Source: Chrysomallon squamiferum
Taxonomy: Eukaryota > Animalia > Mollusca
DNA: 64,000 bases
Direction: 5' to 3'
NCBI GenBank assembly: GCA_012295275.1
Contig: CM022667.1
Location: 12,896,001 to 12,960,000 of the forward strand
This document shows positions 35,243 to 51,344 of this stretch, in pieces; the first letter of the stretch is position 1, and each line of letters opens with the position of its first letter. The notes beneath the pieces were generated by a model. That model was not told the origin of the DNA. It was given only the letters and a program-made list of their open reading frames with translations, and searched no databases. The position numbers and the translations under genes are program-made.

Positions 35243-36697
35243 GAAGAAGAAGAAGAAGAAGAAATGTTATAGAAGAATTAATAGTTGTTAAAGAAGTAGT
35301 GATAGAAACGGTGGTAGTAGTAGTAACAATCCATTATTCAGGTAATGTTCATTTTAATAATTCCGTATTAAATTATTATTAATTTGTCAGATATAACAAC
35401 AACAGCACAACAACAACAATGATTAAGCAACAATAAATAAATTTAAAAAAAAAAAAATAAAGAAAGAAATAAAATTATGTAAACGAATATTAACATCTTA
35501 GAACAATATAAACATTATCCATTTGAAAACAAAAGTTAAAAAATCATCCTCAGATTTTCCTGTTTTAGCAAAGACACGACAGTGTGAAATAAACCGAGTA
35601 CCTTTTATCTTAACACACTTTTAATGTAATAAATTATGACGATGAAGTGTTGTGGGTTTTTTTATTGCTCAGGAACACACGTAATACGGATCTCTTTAAA
35701 CATTAATGTGTTTTAGTTCCCTTTCTCGTTTCAGTCGAGATAAAGTTAGAGATAGCTGCTGTGACGTTATGATTTCGAACTCAGTGAACATCGAAGATAC
35801 TAAATACGGAAGAGAAAACAGATATTCTGTGTACAAGGGATCATTCTGTGTGTGTGTGAAACAAGTCACAGAACTGAGACAGACTTGCTACATTTAATAC
35901 ACTCTACTATTAATATTACTGCTCCTTCTCCACCTCATCCTACTACAGTCTCGACCACCACCACAACCACCTCATTACTAATGTTACCACTACACCGTAA
36001 CTATTACCACTTTCATTGCTATTACTGCTGTTACTATTACTACTACTAAAAGCCCTGTCACTACTATTACTACTGTTACTCTTATACTAGCACTTTTGCT
36101 GCTGCTACAGCTGCTACTACTACTACCACCACCACTATTACTGTTAATATTAATAATAAATTCACGAATGCCCATATCTATTCACATATTATACAAACTG
36201 TTTGGTATATAACAAATAAAGGCATTAATGACTTTCAGTCCTTTGTGTAATTTATTTATTTAAAACAAACAAATATTAATATTAATAAAAAAAAAAAGAA
36301 ATACACAAAAATACCTGGTATTTTTTATGTTTAAAATTAAATCAGAGCGGACGATAAATCAAAACAGCATGTTTATGATTTCAAAGTGTGGCTTAGTAAA
36401 AGCGCATGTCTGTCATCAGTTTGTGACAGCTGTATGGAACGTACACACATTCATGTTGGATACAGTCGTATTTAATATCCTTCATATTGAATAACACGTC
36501 AGAAAAGGATCAAGGGGAGGTATAGGCAGGATATAGATCCAGCGGTATTTATGATGTAATATCGATTTTTTCTTACTTCAGTCTTTTAAAAGCACCTAAC
36601 TTATCATATATGCAATACAAGTAAAAAGAAAAAATATATCTATATATTATAATAATAAATAATAATAATAATAATAATAATAGTAATAATAATAATA

Positions 36698-36737
<40 letters not shown>

Positions 36738-37211
36738 AATGAAATGAAATGAACAAAATAAAATTAAAAGATAAGAGAAAAATAAAATAACTAATAAAAA
36801 AAAAAAAAAAAAAAAAAAAACAACAGTAGTAAGAGTGGTAACAGTAGTAGTAGCAGTAGTAGTGGTTGTACGAGCAGCAGCAGTAATAAAAATAGTATCA
36901 AAAAATAAATAATAATAATAGTGATAATAATATTCAATCATCATCCATAACCATAACCATACAGGTACACACAAAACAGAGAAACAGCCATAACACACAA
37001 ACGCACGCACACACTTTAAATTACTTTATTTCAAACGAGCTGCACACAATAATGAAGACAGTTTTAGAAATGGAAACAATTAATATAAACATGATATCAT
37101 ATTGATAAAATGAAAATGATAGGAGTGTTATATAAATACGAAAAGACCGAAGGCAAAATAAAATGAATCATAAATGAATGAATATAAATAATCCATTAAC
37201 GAAATGAACTG

Positions 37212-37244
<33 letters not shown>

Positions 37245-37839
37245 AAGAAGTAGAAGAAGATGAAGAAGAAGACCAAGAAGCAGAAGTAAAATAATTTTTA
37301 AAATCCCCATTATTATACACCATCACATTAGTCAACTTCTGTAAAAGTATGTAAGTAATATTTACCTAAAACCTCCATGTTGTGAACTGACTACAACCTC
37401 GCTTTAATATCAAGTTTATGACTCAGAATTAGTTATCTTTGTCTCTGACGGACGTCACTCTCAGAATAAAGCGTTTATGAACGTTGAAAACAATGAGGCC
37501 CTGGCCTGAACCGAATGGGAAAACGCCAGTGACTCATTCAGTTCCGATCAATTGAAAAGCTCCATCGCTGAGGAGAAAAATCAGTTTGTGTATACATACA
37601 CGTCCTACGGGCCTCGAGTTCACTCGGCTTTCCGAACCTTAACGATAACTGAAATATCGTTACAGCTGTTGGAAATCACGTACGTTGCGGTAATACATTG
37701 ATTAGAGATGCATATTTTCATAACTCGCTCAGTCAGTGGAATGTGATCTCGTGCATTTTTCATATCGGATTTTATCTCTTTTCTGCTTCCCCCCCCCACA
37801 AAGAACACCTGTGTTTTTCGTCTGCCGAGATAAATACAG

Positions 37840-37872
<33 letters not shown>

Positions 37873-38296
37873 AAATAGAAAATCAATACAGAGGTCCGGA
37901 GTAAACGATTTCGTATCTCGGCACATTATCTCAACTGGTCAAATCAATGAACGGTTTGCTAGCAGGCCTACATGATTATTTTATTACTAAATTGCAAAAC
38001 AGTTAACTCGGGCTTAATTACAACGCCAGTTTTTCCTAATGTTTATCGATTCTCTCCTGATAAAGGGCGAGCTTTTTAATAAGCTACCGTTTTACCAATA
38101 AACAATTAAGTCACTGTACAAGATAAAAAAAAATTATTTTTTTAAATAAATATTTTGATCATATCGACGAGTGTTTATTCATTACAAAGCTGTACTTTAA
38201 AGTTATATATATAGTAATAATTTATTTTGAATCCTCGATACTAAAACAATATTTAAGATATTTTGAGATGGCTGTTCATATTCAAAACGCGTATTC

Positions 38297-38300
<4 letters not shown>

Positions 38301-38375
<75 letters not shown>
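38301..38375. repeat. (CT)n microsatellite
   Basis: Visible directly. Confidence 0.95.
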
Positions 38376-38377
<2 letters not shown>

Positions 38378-39816
38378 AATCACATTTATAAAGCCACTAA
38401 ATCACATTTTAAGTTTACAGTCAGTCCTGGTCCTGAATGGAATTGAAGACATCTATTTGGGCGACTAAAGGTTTTCTTTTCAAACTGAGAAAACACACAC
38501 ACACACACACACACAAACATACATATATATATAAACTAAACACGAAATAAGTATTTTATATTATCACCTTACAATCAGTAAAATATTTATATTTCTCTTT
38601 AATGCACCGCTAAAATATTTTAATGGTCTACGTCCTGTTCTGTAATGGCCGCCAATTTACATACGTAATCGCCAATAAGCGACGTATTACATATTCCAAA
38701 TCGTTACCAAACTCTTTACTTCAGGTCAGTGAATTGTGTTGAATGTCAGACACACACTCAGTGGGTATTTTCACTTTGCTGTCATGTCAGCAAAGCCGAT
38801 CAGTAAGGGATAAATAAAAAAAAAATGTAAAAAAGTAAAAAAAAAAAAATACGTCTTTCATTGGTCGTTAATAGATTTTACCCCAAAGTGAAGTATGGAA
38901 AAAATTCTTTGATGTGCGTCTGTGTATGCGTGTGTATGTGTGTTGTGCGTGCGTGTTGGCGCGCGTTTTATTTCTATTCAATATTGCTTATATTCTGTAT
39001 GGATTCAGAAACAATAACCTTTATTATTTGTTTAGTATTTTAAACTTAATTAATTATTATAACCGCATGTGTGTATTGTTAATTCATATTTATAACGGAC
39101 AACATATATTAAACAAAATAAAATTTGTAAATGAAAAATAACTTAAACGATGAGATAAAATTCGATATACCGGTATCGTTTTCAAAAAGAAAACGGCAGT
39201 GTATATTCTATTGCAAGAACCAGACCTGCGGTGGGTATGTCATTTATCATTGTATTAACCCCCCATCCCACAGTACGTGAAGTTGGAAAAGACTGCATTG
39301 TCCATCCAGTAAAGTAAGACTTTTATAGCTAGTCTCATCTAAAAAGAAAAAGATGTAACCCTTATTTTATTTCCCCACTGTGTGTGTGTAAGTATGCATT
39401 GATGCTGTTATCTTTTTCGTTTTTTGAATTCTTCTTCTTCTTATTATTATTATAATAAAAATTAAGTAGCAGTCATTTTCTTAAACAAAACATATATGTT
39501 TTTTTTTTTTTTTTTTTTTTTAAAGTGAATATTTGTTTATTTGCTTCTGTGTTTGTACGAGTATGGCAGGTGTGTGTATAATAGAAAAACCAAGTGTCGT
39601 CTGCTCAAACAAGTCAAATTTACACAATAAGTTTTAATCAAACACACGTTTATGTGTTTCGGAGAATGTAAACCCGTCAAAAACGAACACGGCGTTGTCA
39701 ACCACACTAAATTCATATCCAGTTTTTCGTGTTGTTTCTTTTTCTCTGCCAGTTTGTTTCAAAACGTTATTTTATATAAACAAAATTAACGAAACAAACA
39801 ATAATTAATTAAACAA

Positions 39817-39878
<62 letters not shown>

Positions 39879-40015
39879 CACAATATGATTATATAATAGA
39901 AATAATCAGAGTAACTGAATAATCTTCATGTCAAAACATCAATTTTATGGATTTTTATTAAAAGTAAGTCTGTCTCATTTACTCAGTCCCCCACACATGC
40001 ACATACAAGTACAGG

Positions 40016-40050
<35 letters not shown>

Positions 40051-40330
40051 TTAAATACACACGGACACATACGCAGTACATACTGCCCACGGATGAGAAA
40101 GATCCAATTTGTTAGAAAAGTGGCGATTAGCGTGCCAGTCAGTCACTAGTGACTGGGACTATTTACGGGGTCACGAGTCACGCTCAATTTAGGCTGACGG
40201 CCACTAAGCCTGTCGAGGTTCTGGCTGGACGTGCCAGGCTGAATGGAACTGTAATGAGGATAAGGCTTTGTAAGAAATTCAATTAGCATATAGTTGTGGC
40301 CAGATGTTCCTTCCGTACAGTACGGTAGAG

Positions 40331-40363
<33 letters not shown>

Positions 40364-40445
40364 CAAGTACTAGAAATAACGAAGCTGTTAATTAAGTTTC
40401 TAAATAGATGAATAGATAAAGTAGGGCAGGATAGGCATGTGGGTA

Positions 40446-40490
40446 TGTGTGTGTGCGTGTGTGTGTGCGTGTGTGTGTGCGTGTGTGTGT

Positions 40491-40551
<61 letters not shown>
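40446..40551. repeat. (GT)n-(GA)n compound microsatellite
   Basis: Visible directly. Confidence 0.9.
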
Positions 40552-41840
40552 CAAATCAGTGATCCACAGACTAATAATTATATTTAATTATATTTTATGA
40601 AATGAAAAACGTAACATACATATGCACGGATACACATACACATATACACAGAGAGATATACAGATACAACATGACACTATCTATTTCTTTGTTTTTGATA
40701 TTGTTTAACTCTTAATAAAAACAGTGTCGAGTTGTACATTTGGTCAAAAGAATGTTCGTCGTGTACTTTAGACCTATTAATAAGTTTTACTTACCTATGC
40801 CAAAAGCAACAACTACGACAATGACAATAACGACAATAACAGTAACAGTAACAGTAGCAGTAGCAATAACAATAACAATAACAATAACAATAACAATAAC
40901 AATAAAAATAATAATAATAAAAATAATAATAATAATAACAGAAGTATTGTAGCAGATACTGCAGTGGTAGTAGTAGTAACACTAGCAGCAGTAATTAATA
41001 CTAGTAGACTGGTGAGTCAATAACAGCAGTAAAATCAGATTAACGGAACAGTATAGGCCTAACATAAGTGTGTGGTTGAACAAAGTCTGCGTTAACTTAA
41101 ATAAACAAGAATAACAAATAAAAATATAATAATGTCAGTACTTACGAATAAACAGAGGAATTCCTTCAAAACAGCGGTTCACGTTTACGAACAGTTATTT
41201 AAAAGAATTCGCTCAAGCATGTCGTATCCTTGGTTTCATGCTTTATGTAATCGCTAGTAATAGTAGGGTTGTCTTTTTTAAATCTCTCTCTCTCTCTCTC
41301 TCTCTTTCTTTTTTCTTTTTTCGGTTTTCGTCTATGAAACGTCAGCTATTTCTTTTAGCCACAATTTAAACAGGTAAACGTTGTCGACACTTCTGTCTTC
41401 ATTATTCTAAAAATACCTCGGTAAAGACGTCTTTGTCCTTACGAAAACAACTCCACGCGCTGTCCAGATTTGTTTTGATCACGTGATCACACGAGCAGAC
41501 GGCTTTGTTGTCGGTTATAATTCCTTGTATGTGACATCAATAATAATTGATCCATAACAAAACATGAACTCATCGGATAGGAGAATAGTATATAGCGTGT
41601 CTTCTGAAAATATTACTCGATCTTTCTTTTCTGTTCTTTTGCTTTCTTTTTCCTTTCCTTTCTTTCTGTTATTGATCGAGCTTCTTTTTTCTTTCACCGT
41701 TTAATTGATTCCGTAATTATTTATCATTTCTTTATTATCTTAGATTCGTCAGACAATTTAAGCATTAATAAATAAATAAATAAATAAATAAACCAGAATG
41801 GCGACAACAACAACTACTACTACTACTAATAGTAATTATT

Positions 41841-41945
<105 letters not shown>

Positions 41946-42191
41946 ACGTATGTGTGTTTCTTTTTTTCTTTTTCACCTCCTACAGAAACTGGTCATTACA
42001 GGTATGGTTAAATTATAAGATGATAATACAGGATTACCACGTTGATGAAAAATCACCTTGTACAAAACTAATAGTTTAGATTCAAAACATTCAAAAAGTT
42101 TAGATGTACTGAGTCCTCGCATTTTTGTATCTCTCGCATCACTCAACAAATTAAAAATAATAATTAATAATAATATTAAGAATATGAATGA

Positions 42192-42260
<69 letters not shown>

Positions 42261-42579
42261 CAATAATAATAAAATAATTAAAATAATTAAAATAATAATA
42301 ATAATAAAATAAAATAAAATAATAAATATAAGGAAGACATTATTTTTAGAAAGAAAACGATTTGACAGTTATTATTTGTTAAAAATATATTTATTTTTTT
42401 CTAGAAAAAGCCTGAGAGAAGAAAGCTAGTTTGATCTTATCAATATACATGGAGCACTGGGTAAAACGGGAAAAAGCCATCGAAGATGTCTGATTCACGA
42501 TACGCTGTGAAACTATATTCAAACTATTTTTAATTCACTAATATTTTTTGTTTTCTCAATAAAACTATTTATTTATTTG

Positions 42580-42623
<44 letters not shown>

Positions 42624-43124
42624 TTAATTACATTGTCCCCACCACCAGTAGCTGAAAAGCCCATACCGCTCTCTCTGTCGTCTTTTTTTTTTTAAATCGT
42701 TGTGAGGTGTTGGGTTAAAGGTTAACGTCGCGTGAATTAAAACAAATACCTCACGGCGCTAGAAAGAATCCGCCCAAGAAGCCGCTACCTTAACACAAAA
42801 GTAAACAAAGTCATGGAACTTGAAAGAAGTTTGTTTGTTGAAGTGTTAAAGAATTAACGTTGAAAATCTTTAGAAATTTTCTAGTGAACATAAAGAATGT
42901 TTTGAAAAAAAAAAAAAAAAAAAAAAACCGCAAGGGAGAAGAAAAAAAAATCCGCTTGAGTAATTTCTTTGTGTGTGTGTATATATATGTGCGTATGGGT
43001 GTGTGCGGAGAGAGAGAGAGAGAGCAATTATGAAAAAAAAAAGGTACACACATACATCGCCTATTCAGAGAAAGAGAAACACATACATACACGCACACAC
43101 AACATAATGTATATATATATATAG

Positions 43125-43153
43125 ACAGAGAGAGAGAAAGAGGGAGAGAGGGA

Positions 43154-43224
<71 letters not shown>
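43125..43224. repeat. (GA)n microsatellite
   Basis: Visible directly. Confidence 0.9.
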
Positions 43225-43227
<3 letters not shown>

Positions 43228-44264
43228 GGTAATTAAAAGCTAGTGTAAGAACAAGGTGCATGTGATGCTTGTACCTGTTTTACAGGATTGACAGACATGC
43301 GGGCAATGTGGCTGGGGGCGCCACTGTACATACAATGTATGCAGAACAATGTATGCAGAACTTTCGGTTTGCAGAGGCAAACGTACACAGACACAGTTTA
43401 ACTGTCGCCAGTTCGAGTTGTATGTGTCATTCGTCATCTTTTATTCTTCATATTTCATGTCATTGCATCAATAAGAATATACTAACTATAATAAAGATTG
43501 CAAATAAATGAATAATATGAAACACACAGCATAAATAATTATAATAATAATAAACTCTGTAGGGCTTAATTATTAAACATACATACATTTATTTATTTGT
43601 TTATTTATTTAAATGTATATATATATTTACAGCTCACAGATTTGACTGCAAGTTGAAACTGTTACTTGTTACTATGAGCAGTTAAACCAATAAATAACCT
43701 GAGAAAATTGTACCAGCGCTGGAATAGTTTACATTAAAATTTATATTTATAATCTGTATATAGAGTAATGTTAGGTAATGTACAGAAAATTTAAATATTC
43801 TTCAGTAATGCCTTAATATAACTGTATTTCTATCTCCTTTTATTACATACATTTTTTTTTTTTTTATATGTATGCATGTACGCTTTAATTTATTATTTTT
43901 ATAGATTTTTTTATAGAGTATTACAGATACATTTTCGTTCGTACACCATTTTTTTTCTATAAATATAACTACGTATCTAATTACGCAGTGTAATTCAGAT
44001 GACAAAACAACACACTAAGCTCATTTATTTACAAATAAGTTTATCTGCAAATATTGCATAATAAGTGATTGCTGACATACCTTAAGTTATTAAAAATAAA
44101 ATGAATGTATATAATTATTTAGTAGGCGGTGATCAATATGTAATCTTCTATACCACACTGAAAATCAACATTTTATATTATTGCCGAACATTATCTGGAA
44201 TAAATTTTATTTAACAATATCTGGTAGCCTTAAACATTACGTATTTTAAATTTACTATCGATTT

Positions 44265-44361
44265 TAAACGTCACGACAGTGGCATGAATGAGAAATAAAT
44301 GACAATACCGAGAGGAGGACGTCATACGCACCTGCTACATTCTATAGTTGTGACGTCACAA
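44265..44361 (+). promoter_or_regulatory. Rhophilin proximal promoter with clustered CRE sites
   Basis: Palindrome TTGTGACGTCACAA (44348-44361, full TGACGTCA) plus ACGTCA half-sites at ~44268 and ~44319, just upstream of the ATG at 44442 in CpG-rich DNA. Confidence 0.55.
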
Positions 44362-44441
44362 TGTCAGAGGTCACAAGCAGGCATTTACGCAGCCTGCAAG
44401 GCTGAGGTTCAGACAAGAATGATCGTTCGGAAAATAAAAGT

Positions 44442-44537
44442 ATGATGGAATTTTCGAAAACAAACGGATACAGTATGAGCCTCCCGCATAAAAGTGTAAT
44501 CCGTGTCATTAAAGAACACGAAAAACACAACAGAAAG
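44442..44537 (+). CDS. RHPN2: Rhophilin exon 1: MMEFSKTNGYSMSLPHKSVIRVIKEHEKHNRK
   Basis: 32 open codons ending RK|GTGAGT, phase 0, matching the RK|G junction of rhophilins; an alternative ATG is at 44475. Confidence 0.75.
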
Positions 44538-47500
44538 GTGAGTGTTGTAGTATTTTAAAGAAGTTTCGCCATTTCGCTATTTCAAGTATTTGGGGCGTAA
44601 GGAAGCGGCAATTACTGATTTAGATGGCAAAAGAAAAACTGAACAGTCTTTATCTAGCGAATCTGAATGAAGGCTTGGTTCGAAATAAGTTGACTTATTA
44701 CATTCATCTGTCGAACCTATTATAATTAAATGAAATATTTATGCGAACTAATTTACACATGGGTACGAGACCTATTATTTCTTCAGTGATCACGGATGTC
44801 AATCTCGAATTAATCATCGGCAGCGAACACAGGCAAACGCCCAAACACATAAACATTTATAATTCACCATCTTTAACTAGATATAAATATGCAGAATGCA
44901 TAACGACAATATTTATGAAAGAATTACTTCAGCAAGAATATAACTCAATAACTGCCGTCTGCCATAATTTTATTTTTGGTACACCGTACAGTGATTCATA
45001 ACACTATAATTATTTCGTTATGAATTCTTGGGTATCGGATGTTTACACACATTTTAGCATAATGCATGCATCTTATTAAATTACCATCCTCAGAGTATAT
45101 ATGGTTAACCTTTAACTTTAAGATATATATCTTAATTTTGGATGAAATGGGATATGATCCCATGATCAGCAGTCATTGTTTTGATTTCTCAGACATTGAC
45201 ATTCATTTTCGTGGTAATTTTAACTTGGTATTCTTAGTATATAATTCTACACAATATCAGTTTGCAACTATACATAACAGATAATTTTAATAAATGAACA
45301 GAATTAATTTATCATTCTGGTGTTGATCTGACAGTAGTCATACTGCAGGACAGGACAATGTTATTTCATAGTAAAATGGTCATTAATATGAGAGTCATGT
45401 TTGGTTTAACTGCAAGAGACTAAAAGGTACAAATATAACTTTCATTTTCACAATGAACTAGGACAAGCAGGTATTTTAATTTTATTATTTTTCCTTTCCA
45501 GTGCCAATATAATGGGGGGGGGTTGTGTGTTTTTTTGTCTTTTTCTGTAATACTTGGAAATTTAGTGATTTATGTATGTATGTTCCTGTTGCTGTGTGAA
45601 TGGACACACACACACATATGTATTCTTATGTATGATAAATGTATCTAATTTTATTGGTGAATATGGACAGTGCAGATGAAAGTATCTGTCATTGTGGTGA
45701 CATCAATCAGTCATCAGTTAACTAAACTGCAGATAATATTTGCTGTAGTGTTAACACTGAAACTTTGAAAACAATGCTGTTCAAAAATATACACTGATGT
45801 AGATTAAATTTTAAAATAATTGTCTCTAGATGACTTTTTGTGATACCTTAGGAAAGTGATTGGAAATAGTTTGCTATGGAACTCTAGAACAGAACAACTG
45901 TACCAAGACAAAAGGAGTGGCTGAGGCATGGAACTCAGGAATATTAAATATAAAGTATTTAACTTTGTTATTATCTTGTGATTTAATGCATTTTATTTAA
46001 ACTGTCAGATATATATTATCATGACTGTGAATATTAATGAATGTAGGTTAATTCTATAAAAAAAAACCCTAAACTGGGACATGTTTGTTAAATTTTAAGT
46101 TTAAATATATTTGTGTATTTTATTATTTGGTACTATCATTTGTATTGAATGTATTAATATTTGGAGATTTTGATGCTGAATATGTATATTTTCTGATTAC
46201 ATTATTTCAGTATACTAGTATTCACACCTAACGATATATTTAAACAACAACAACAACAAAAAGAAAGAAGAAGATGCAAATAGTCTTATTTTTATTACTG
46301 AATGCAAAGAAAATAAATAGCTGTGAGTTTATATAGCAAACTATTTAAAATTAAATAATCTAAAGACAAGACAAGATGAATGTTTTAAATGGTATGATAT
46401 AATACTTATTAGTCTATGCATTTAATTGTTACTATATGTACAAATAAAAAATGTTCAATAACAGCACGATAAACTGAATTTAGGCTATTATAAATTTACA
46501 GGTTTACAATATTATTCAGATATTTTAATGCACTGGAATTTTATGTTAATATTTTTATGTTTAAAGATACATAGCACACATATATTCATTTCATGTTGTC
46601 TGATTAGCATTATATATCAGAATTTATCTGGAGATCACAAAAAAATGTGGCCATAAACTGCCACCGCTATAATAAATGTGACAACCATTATGTCTACTGC
46701 AGATTCAGTTGCAGTGGAAAAATTCAGTAACATCACCCAAACACATTTTTATTGGTCATCACGCATTGTATGTAGTGCTTTAATATCTCATTTCAGTTAT
46801 CTATCATGTGTGTACACTGTAACCACATATTACTGCTGAATATTAAGTATCTGCTGTTCACTTCCCTACAGCAAACACACTTAGACATTCTTGTGTGTAT
46901 GTAAAGAATGGCTGGTCAGATACTTTTATCTAGATAAACAGGTTTCCTCAGAACTCACCACACATTTAGGTTTTGTGATGCTTACAGCATGGTATACACA
47001 CTACATAACATAGTTCGAGATAAAAACATACAAAAGGAATAATGAGGAAGTGATGGTTCACCAGTGACTTTGTTTGTTCACAAAGTACAATACAGAAATT
47101 ATCTCACACACTGCATATAAAAAGAATTTAGCAGACTCATGGTGTGACATTATGTAATAAAGGTAACAAAACAATGAGAACATATTTGAATGTCCAGCTT
47201 TGTTACATTACTGCAACATGCTTGTACAAAAATAATCCAAAGATATTCATTATTAGTGGTGTTTTATTTTAAACTTAATGGACTAATATCAAAATGTAAC
47301 TTTAAATTTAAAACATCTTCGTTTTTATTAACATTATGAGAAATTTGTTTTTGAAGCGGTGCACAGATTTAATAGATTGACAGGATGCTAGAGGGAACCC
47401 CTCCCATCTTTCCACCCCACCTCTTAATTATATTATTTCACTACAATCAGTATGTCAATCTAAATATTGTTCAGTAATATTTTTCTTTTTAAAATATTTT

Positions 47501-49754
47501 GTTAAAAGGTTTTAAATTTACTTTATCAACGAAACAACCAACAAACAAAAGAAAATATTAGCAAATTTCACGAATTAATCTGATTCCATGAAGAAAGCAT
47601 ATATTCAAGAACAAAGAATTAATCAACAAATTGTACATGGTAATTATAATTATTTTAGCACTAAAGAAAATTCCCATAAGTATTTCAAGATAATTAGTTT
47701 CAGTTGTGCTATTTTGGGAACAATTTTCTATTACAGAATTGAAAAAAGGAAATATTTAATCAATCAGTTTATAAAAACTCTCAGAGTCATTTGAAAACTT
47801 AAATTCTTGTGTGTTTAAAGAAAGCTGAATTTAATGCATCCATTAAAATATATTTTGGTTTATACTTGTTTTGTTTATAAATTATTAAGAACATGCTTTT
47901 TTTTTTTGTTGTTGTTGTTTTCCTAAATATCTCTTTGGTAATGAAAACTGCTATCTTGCATTTATCAAATTCTAAATCATTTGACATTTAAATAAGAGAT
48001 CATGGAACATGATACCTTGTCCCTTTTCAGCAGTTAGATTTTATTTTCTTGAAACAAGAAACTTTAGTATAATCTGAAGTGAAAAACCCCCAAAACAATA
48101 TTAACATTGTTTTTATCTGTGATACCTTGTTGGTTGCTGTTACCTTGAGTTAAAATGTTTGAAAAAAAAAGAGTTAAAATGTTTGAAAAAAAAAAAAGAG
48201 AAAAAAATGACCTTCGGTTCAGCACATACTGTCAATACATCTGACCCTCCCTGCATTATATTACGTGAAATCTTATTTAACCCACATTTTAGTATTTCTT
48301 ACCTTTGTGTTTAACCTGAATGTGTAGCTTATAGGCAAAATTAGGTTAATTTACTTTATCTTCCTGACAACAGTGGATTTTATTAATGGGCAATTTCATT
48401 TGGAAGCTAAATCTTTGTTAATCTTTTTTGTTTCAGTGGCAGTAGTGGGCTGTTTGACTTCTTAAGGCCTACATGAATAGGTATAATTATGTTTCAGAAT
48501 ATGACCATAAGGCTACTCTGGGAAATGTCTTCTTGTTAATTTTAAAAAATTTCTTTGAAAATAAATTCTGATAATTGCTATATGTATCTATTATGGCTAA
48601 TGAATATATGTATGGAATAAATAGTTCTGCAATGACACATGATAAACAAATTTATTATTTCACATATTGACAGGTCAGAGAGATGTTATAGGATTAAGGT
48701 GGTCTGCAGCAGTCCAATCACAACATAATTTCTGTTTGATTTGAATATCTACAATAGATTAATATACCTATAGAACTGATGCATGCAGATGAAACAACAG
48801 GTTAATTTTGGCCAAATCTGGATTCAGTAATCAGTGAATTGTGGTTTGTTCTTGTTAACTAACATATTTTCAGTGACATCTAACACAAAGTGAAATATTG
48901 ACTGTCATATAGCAGACTAGAACTCTTATTATGTTTAGTTACTTCAAGATTCTCTTCACATTTTAATGATAAACAACAGTCTGAGGTACATATTTCGATT
49001 TTAGTTCTTGGTCAGTTACTAGTAATGAATCATACTGTTCTTGGTGTTCAGAAATGCATTACAAAGAGGTTAATGGATAGCTTACTTGTTTGCAGACAAT
49101 ATAAAAACTAGTGAAATGAAAATTATCTGGTAGAAAACCTTTCGGTGAAAGAATTACTTCTCAGTCAATAAGTACATTGTTGTTTGTTGAGGTTATTATT
49201 TCGACCTATTTGTATACTACAGTAATGTATATTTATATTTAGAAGTCATTAGCAAATAAATATTTCAGTTAGATATCATATGGCAGTTTCTTTTTTGTTT
49301 TCTCTACTTGATTTGTTATTCATTTAATTAAAAAATATTTTTTTACATTTATTGTTTATTTATTTGCAAAGAATGTTTTTTACATTATATAGCTGCATTA
49401 TTGAAATTACTGGTAATAGCAGCAGCTTTAATTAGTTTTGGACTTTACTTGTAATGTAATATATATATTTTATTATTTTCTTTTTTATATTATGTTATAT
49501 ATGTGTGGAAGTGTTTGTAATATTAACAATGTAGGTGGAAATATAATTATAATGTAATGGTATATGTTTTTATGTAATGATATATTTATAATAGATTAAA
49601 AATATAGATTTAAACATTGTTATCTGTGACAGGCATATAGATGTTATTAGAAGATGTCTAGAGATAATAGATATTTGGTCAGATAGTATTTTATGTAAAA
49701 TATGTGATTAGAAAATGCCTCTCTGATCAGTTGATCTATATATATTAAAGAAAG

Positions 49755-49804
<50 letters not shown>

Positions 49805-50705
49805 TTAGAACATTTCATTTGATATATTAATTAGATGTTAGATAACAAAACATTTTGAAAGGAAATATTACTATGTAAAGATATTTATTAGAAAATCTGA
49901 AAATCAGAAGAAATCTTCTGAGAAATATTATTATTCTGATTAGCAGACAATATCTAGAAACAGAAATGTAATCAGAATGTAAGGGACATTGATCAGAAAA
50001 TGTCTTGAGGTATTATGTCAGATATCTTGGATAAGTAGATTTCTAGAGATATTAGTTTTTGTGTCTCTGATTAGAAAAATCTCTTGAGATATTATTTTAT
50101 ATATGTTTGATCAGAAGACATCTTGGAATATTGTTTTTAATATTTCTGATAAGGAGTTTCAACAGATATTTTAGATAACTGTTACCTATTGATACACAGA
50201 GAATTTGTTAAATAACTGTATGCTTAAATCCACTGATCTTAAGCATTAAAGAAATAGTTTAAGAGGCAGCAGATGTTGAAATATCAAATTGACAAAACAG
50301 TAATAACTAATAACCTTGATATTTGGAAATGAATATGTTTTGTTATAGTCAGTATATGATTAATGGACTTTTTTCAAATTTTTATTTATAAAATGAGTGA
50401 TACTTACAGTGATAAAAGCTTAATAACCTAGTAATTTATTGACATAAACTTTAAAGGTTACAAAAAGTTGATTGAAATACAGTCGTGAAGCATTGGATAT
50501 GTAGTGCATTAGAAAAACATTTGAAACATAGTATAGTATACTTTTTAAGATTTTTGGTGAAGACATCTTTGGTCTGTAGTTAACACTGTCCATTGACCAA
50601 ACATGACATTTACATTGTATGTAGATCTACCATTGTCCTTACCAGTGTATGTAGATCTGTTGCTGCAGTTATCATGTCCTAGATATATTTCTGAATAGGT
50701 TAGCA

Positions 50706-50746
<41 letters not shown>

Positions 50747-51284
50747 CACACATTTTATACTGTAGTTATCTTCATCGCTCTCTGCCTCAGTCAATGTACA
50801 TAGACCTTACACTGAAAAGTGTATGCAGACCTATCTCTGGTTATCAGTTAACAGAAACCTTACAGTATACCACTGTCTGACTCTTTAACTGTATGAATGT
50901 GTCATTATTCTATCACTGGAGTATGGCTTGACTCTTTAACTGTATTATTCTTTGTACCAAAAAGTGAGTCTCTTTAACAGTGACTTATTGAAATTGTTCT
51001 TAAATGTACTTGGAAAATCAACTGACTGTTTTTAATAACTATTTTTGAATTTGTACTAAGGCCTTACTTTGATGTACCTTCTTTAATATTAAACTAGTGT
51101 TTTTGTTCACTGACCTGGTAGTGGAACAGTGACCAGCTTTGCTGAAACTTAGCCAGATGTGTCACTGCTCAAACACACAAGTATGACTAATGGTATTTAA
51201 TACTAACCTACTGATCAAGCAGTGAAGTACTGACTGTTTTTAATATAAGTCACTAATTATATCTTTCAGTGAAACATTGGACAT

Positions 51285-51344
<60 letters not shown>

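Noticed and set aside
36573-37310. Hydrophobic poly-Leu/Phe ORFs resembling membrane proteins, with similar ones at 33793, 41973 and 59961
   Set aside because: Products of (AAT)n, (AGT)n and poly-A tracts.
45928-45954. Possible alternative Rhophilin first exon MELRNIKYK|GTATTT
   Set aside because: Phase-compatible, but the donor is weak, there is no promoter signature, and a chance match is likely in a 12-kb intron.
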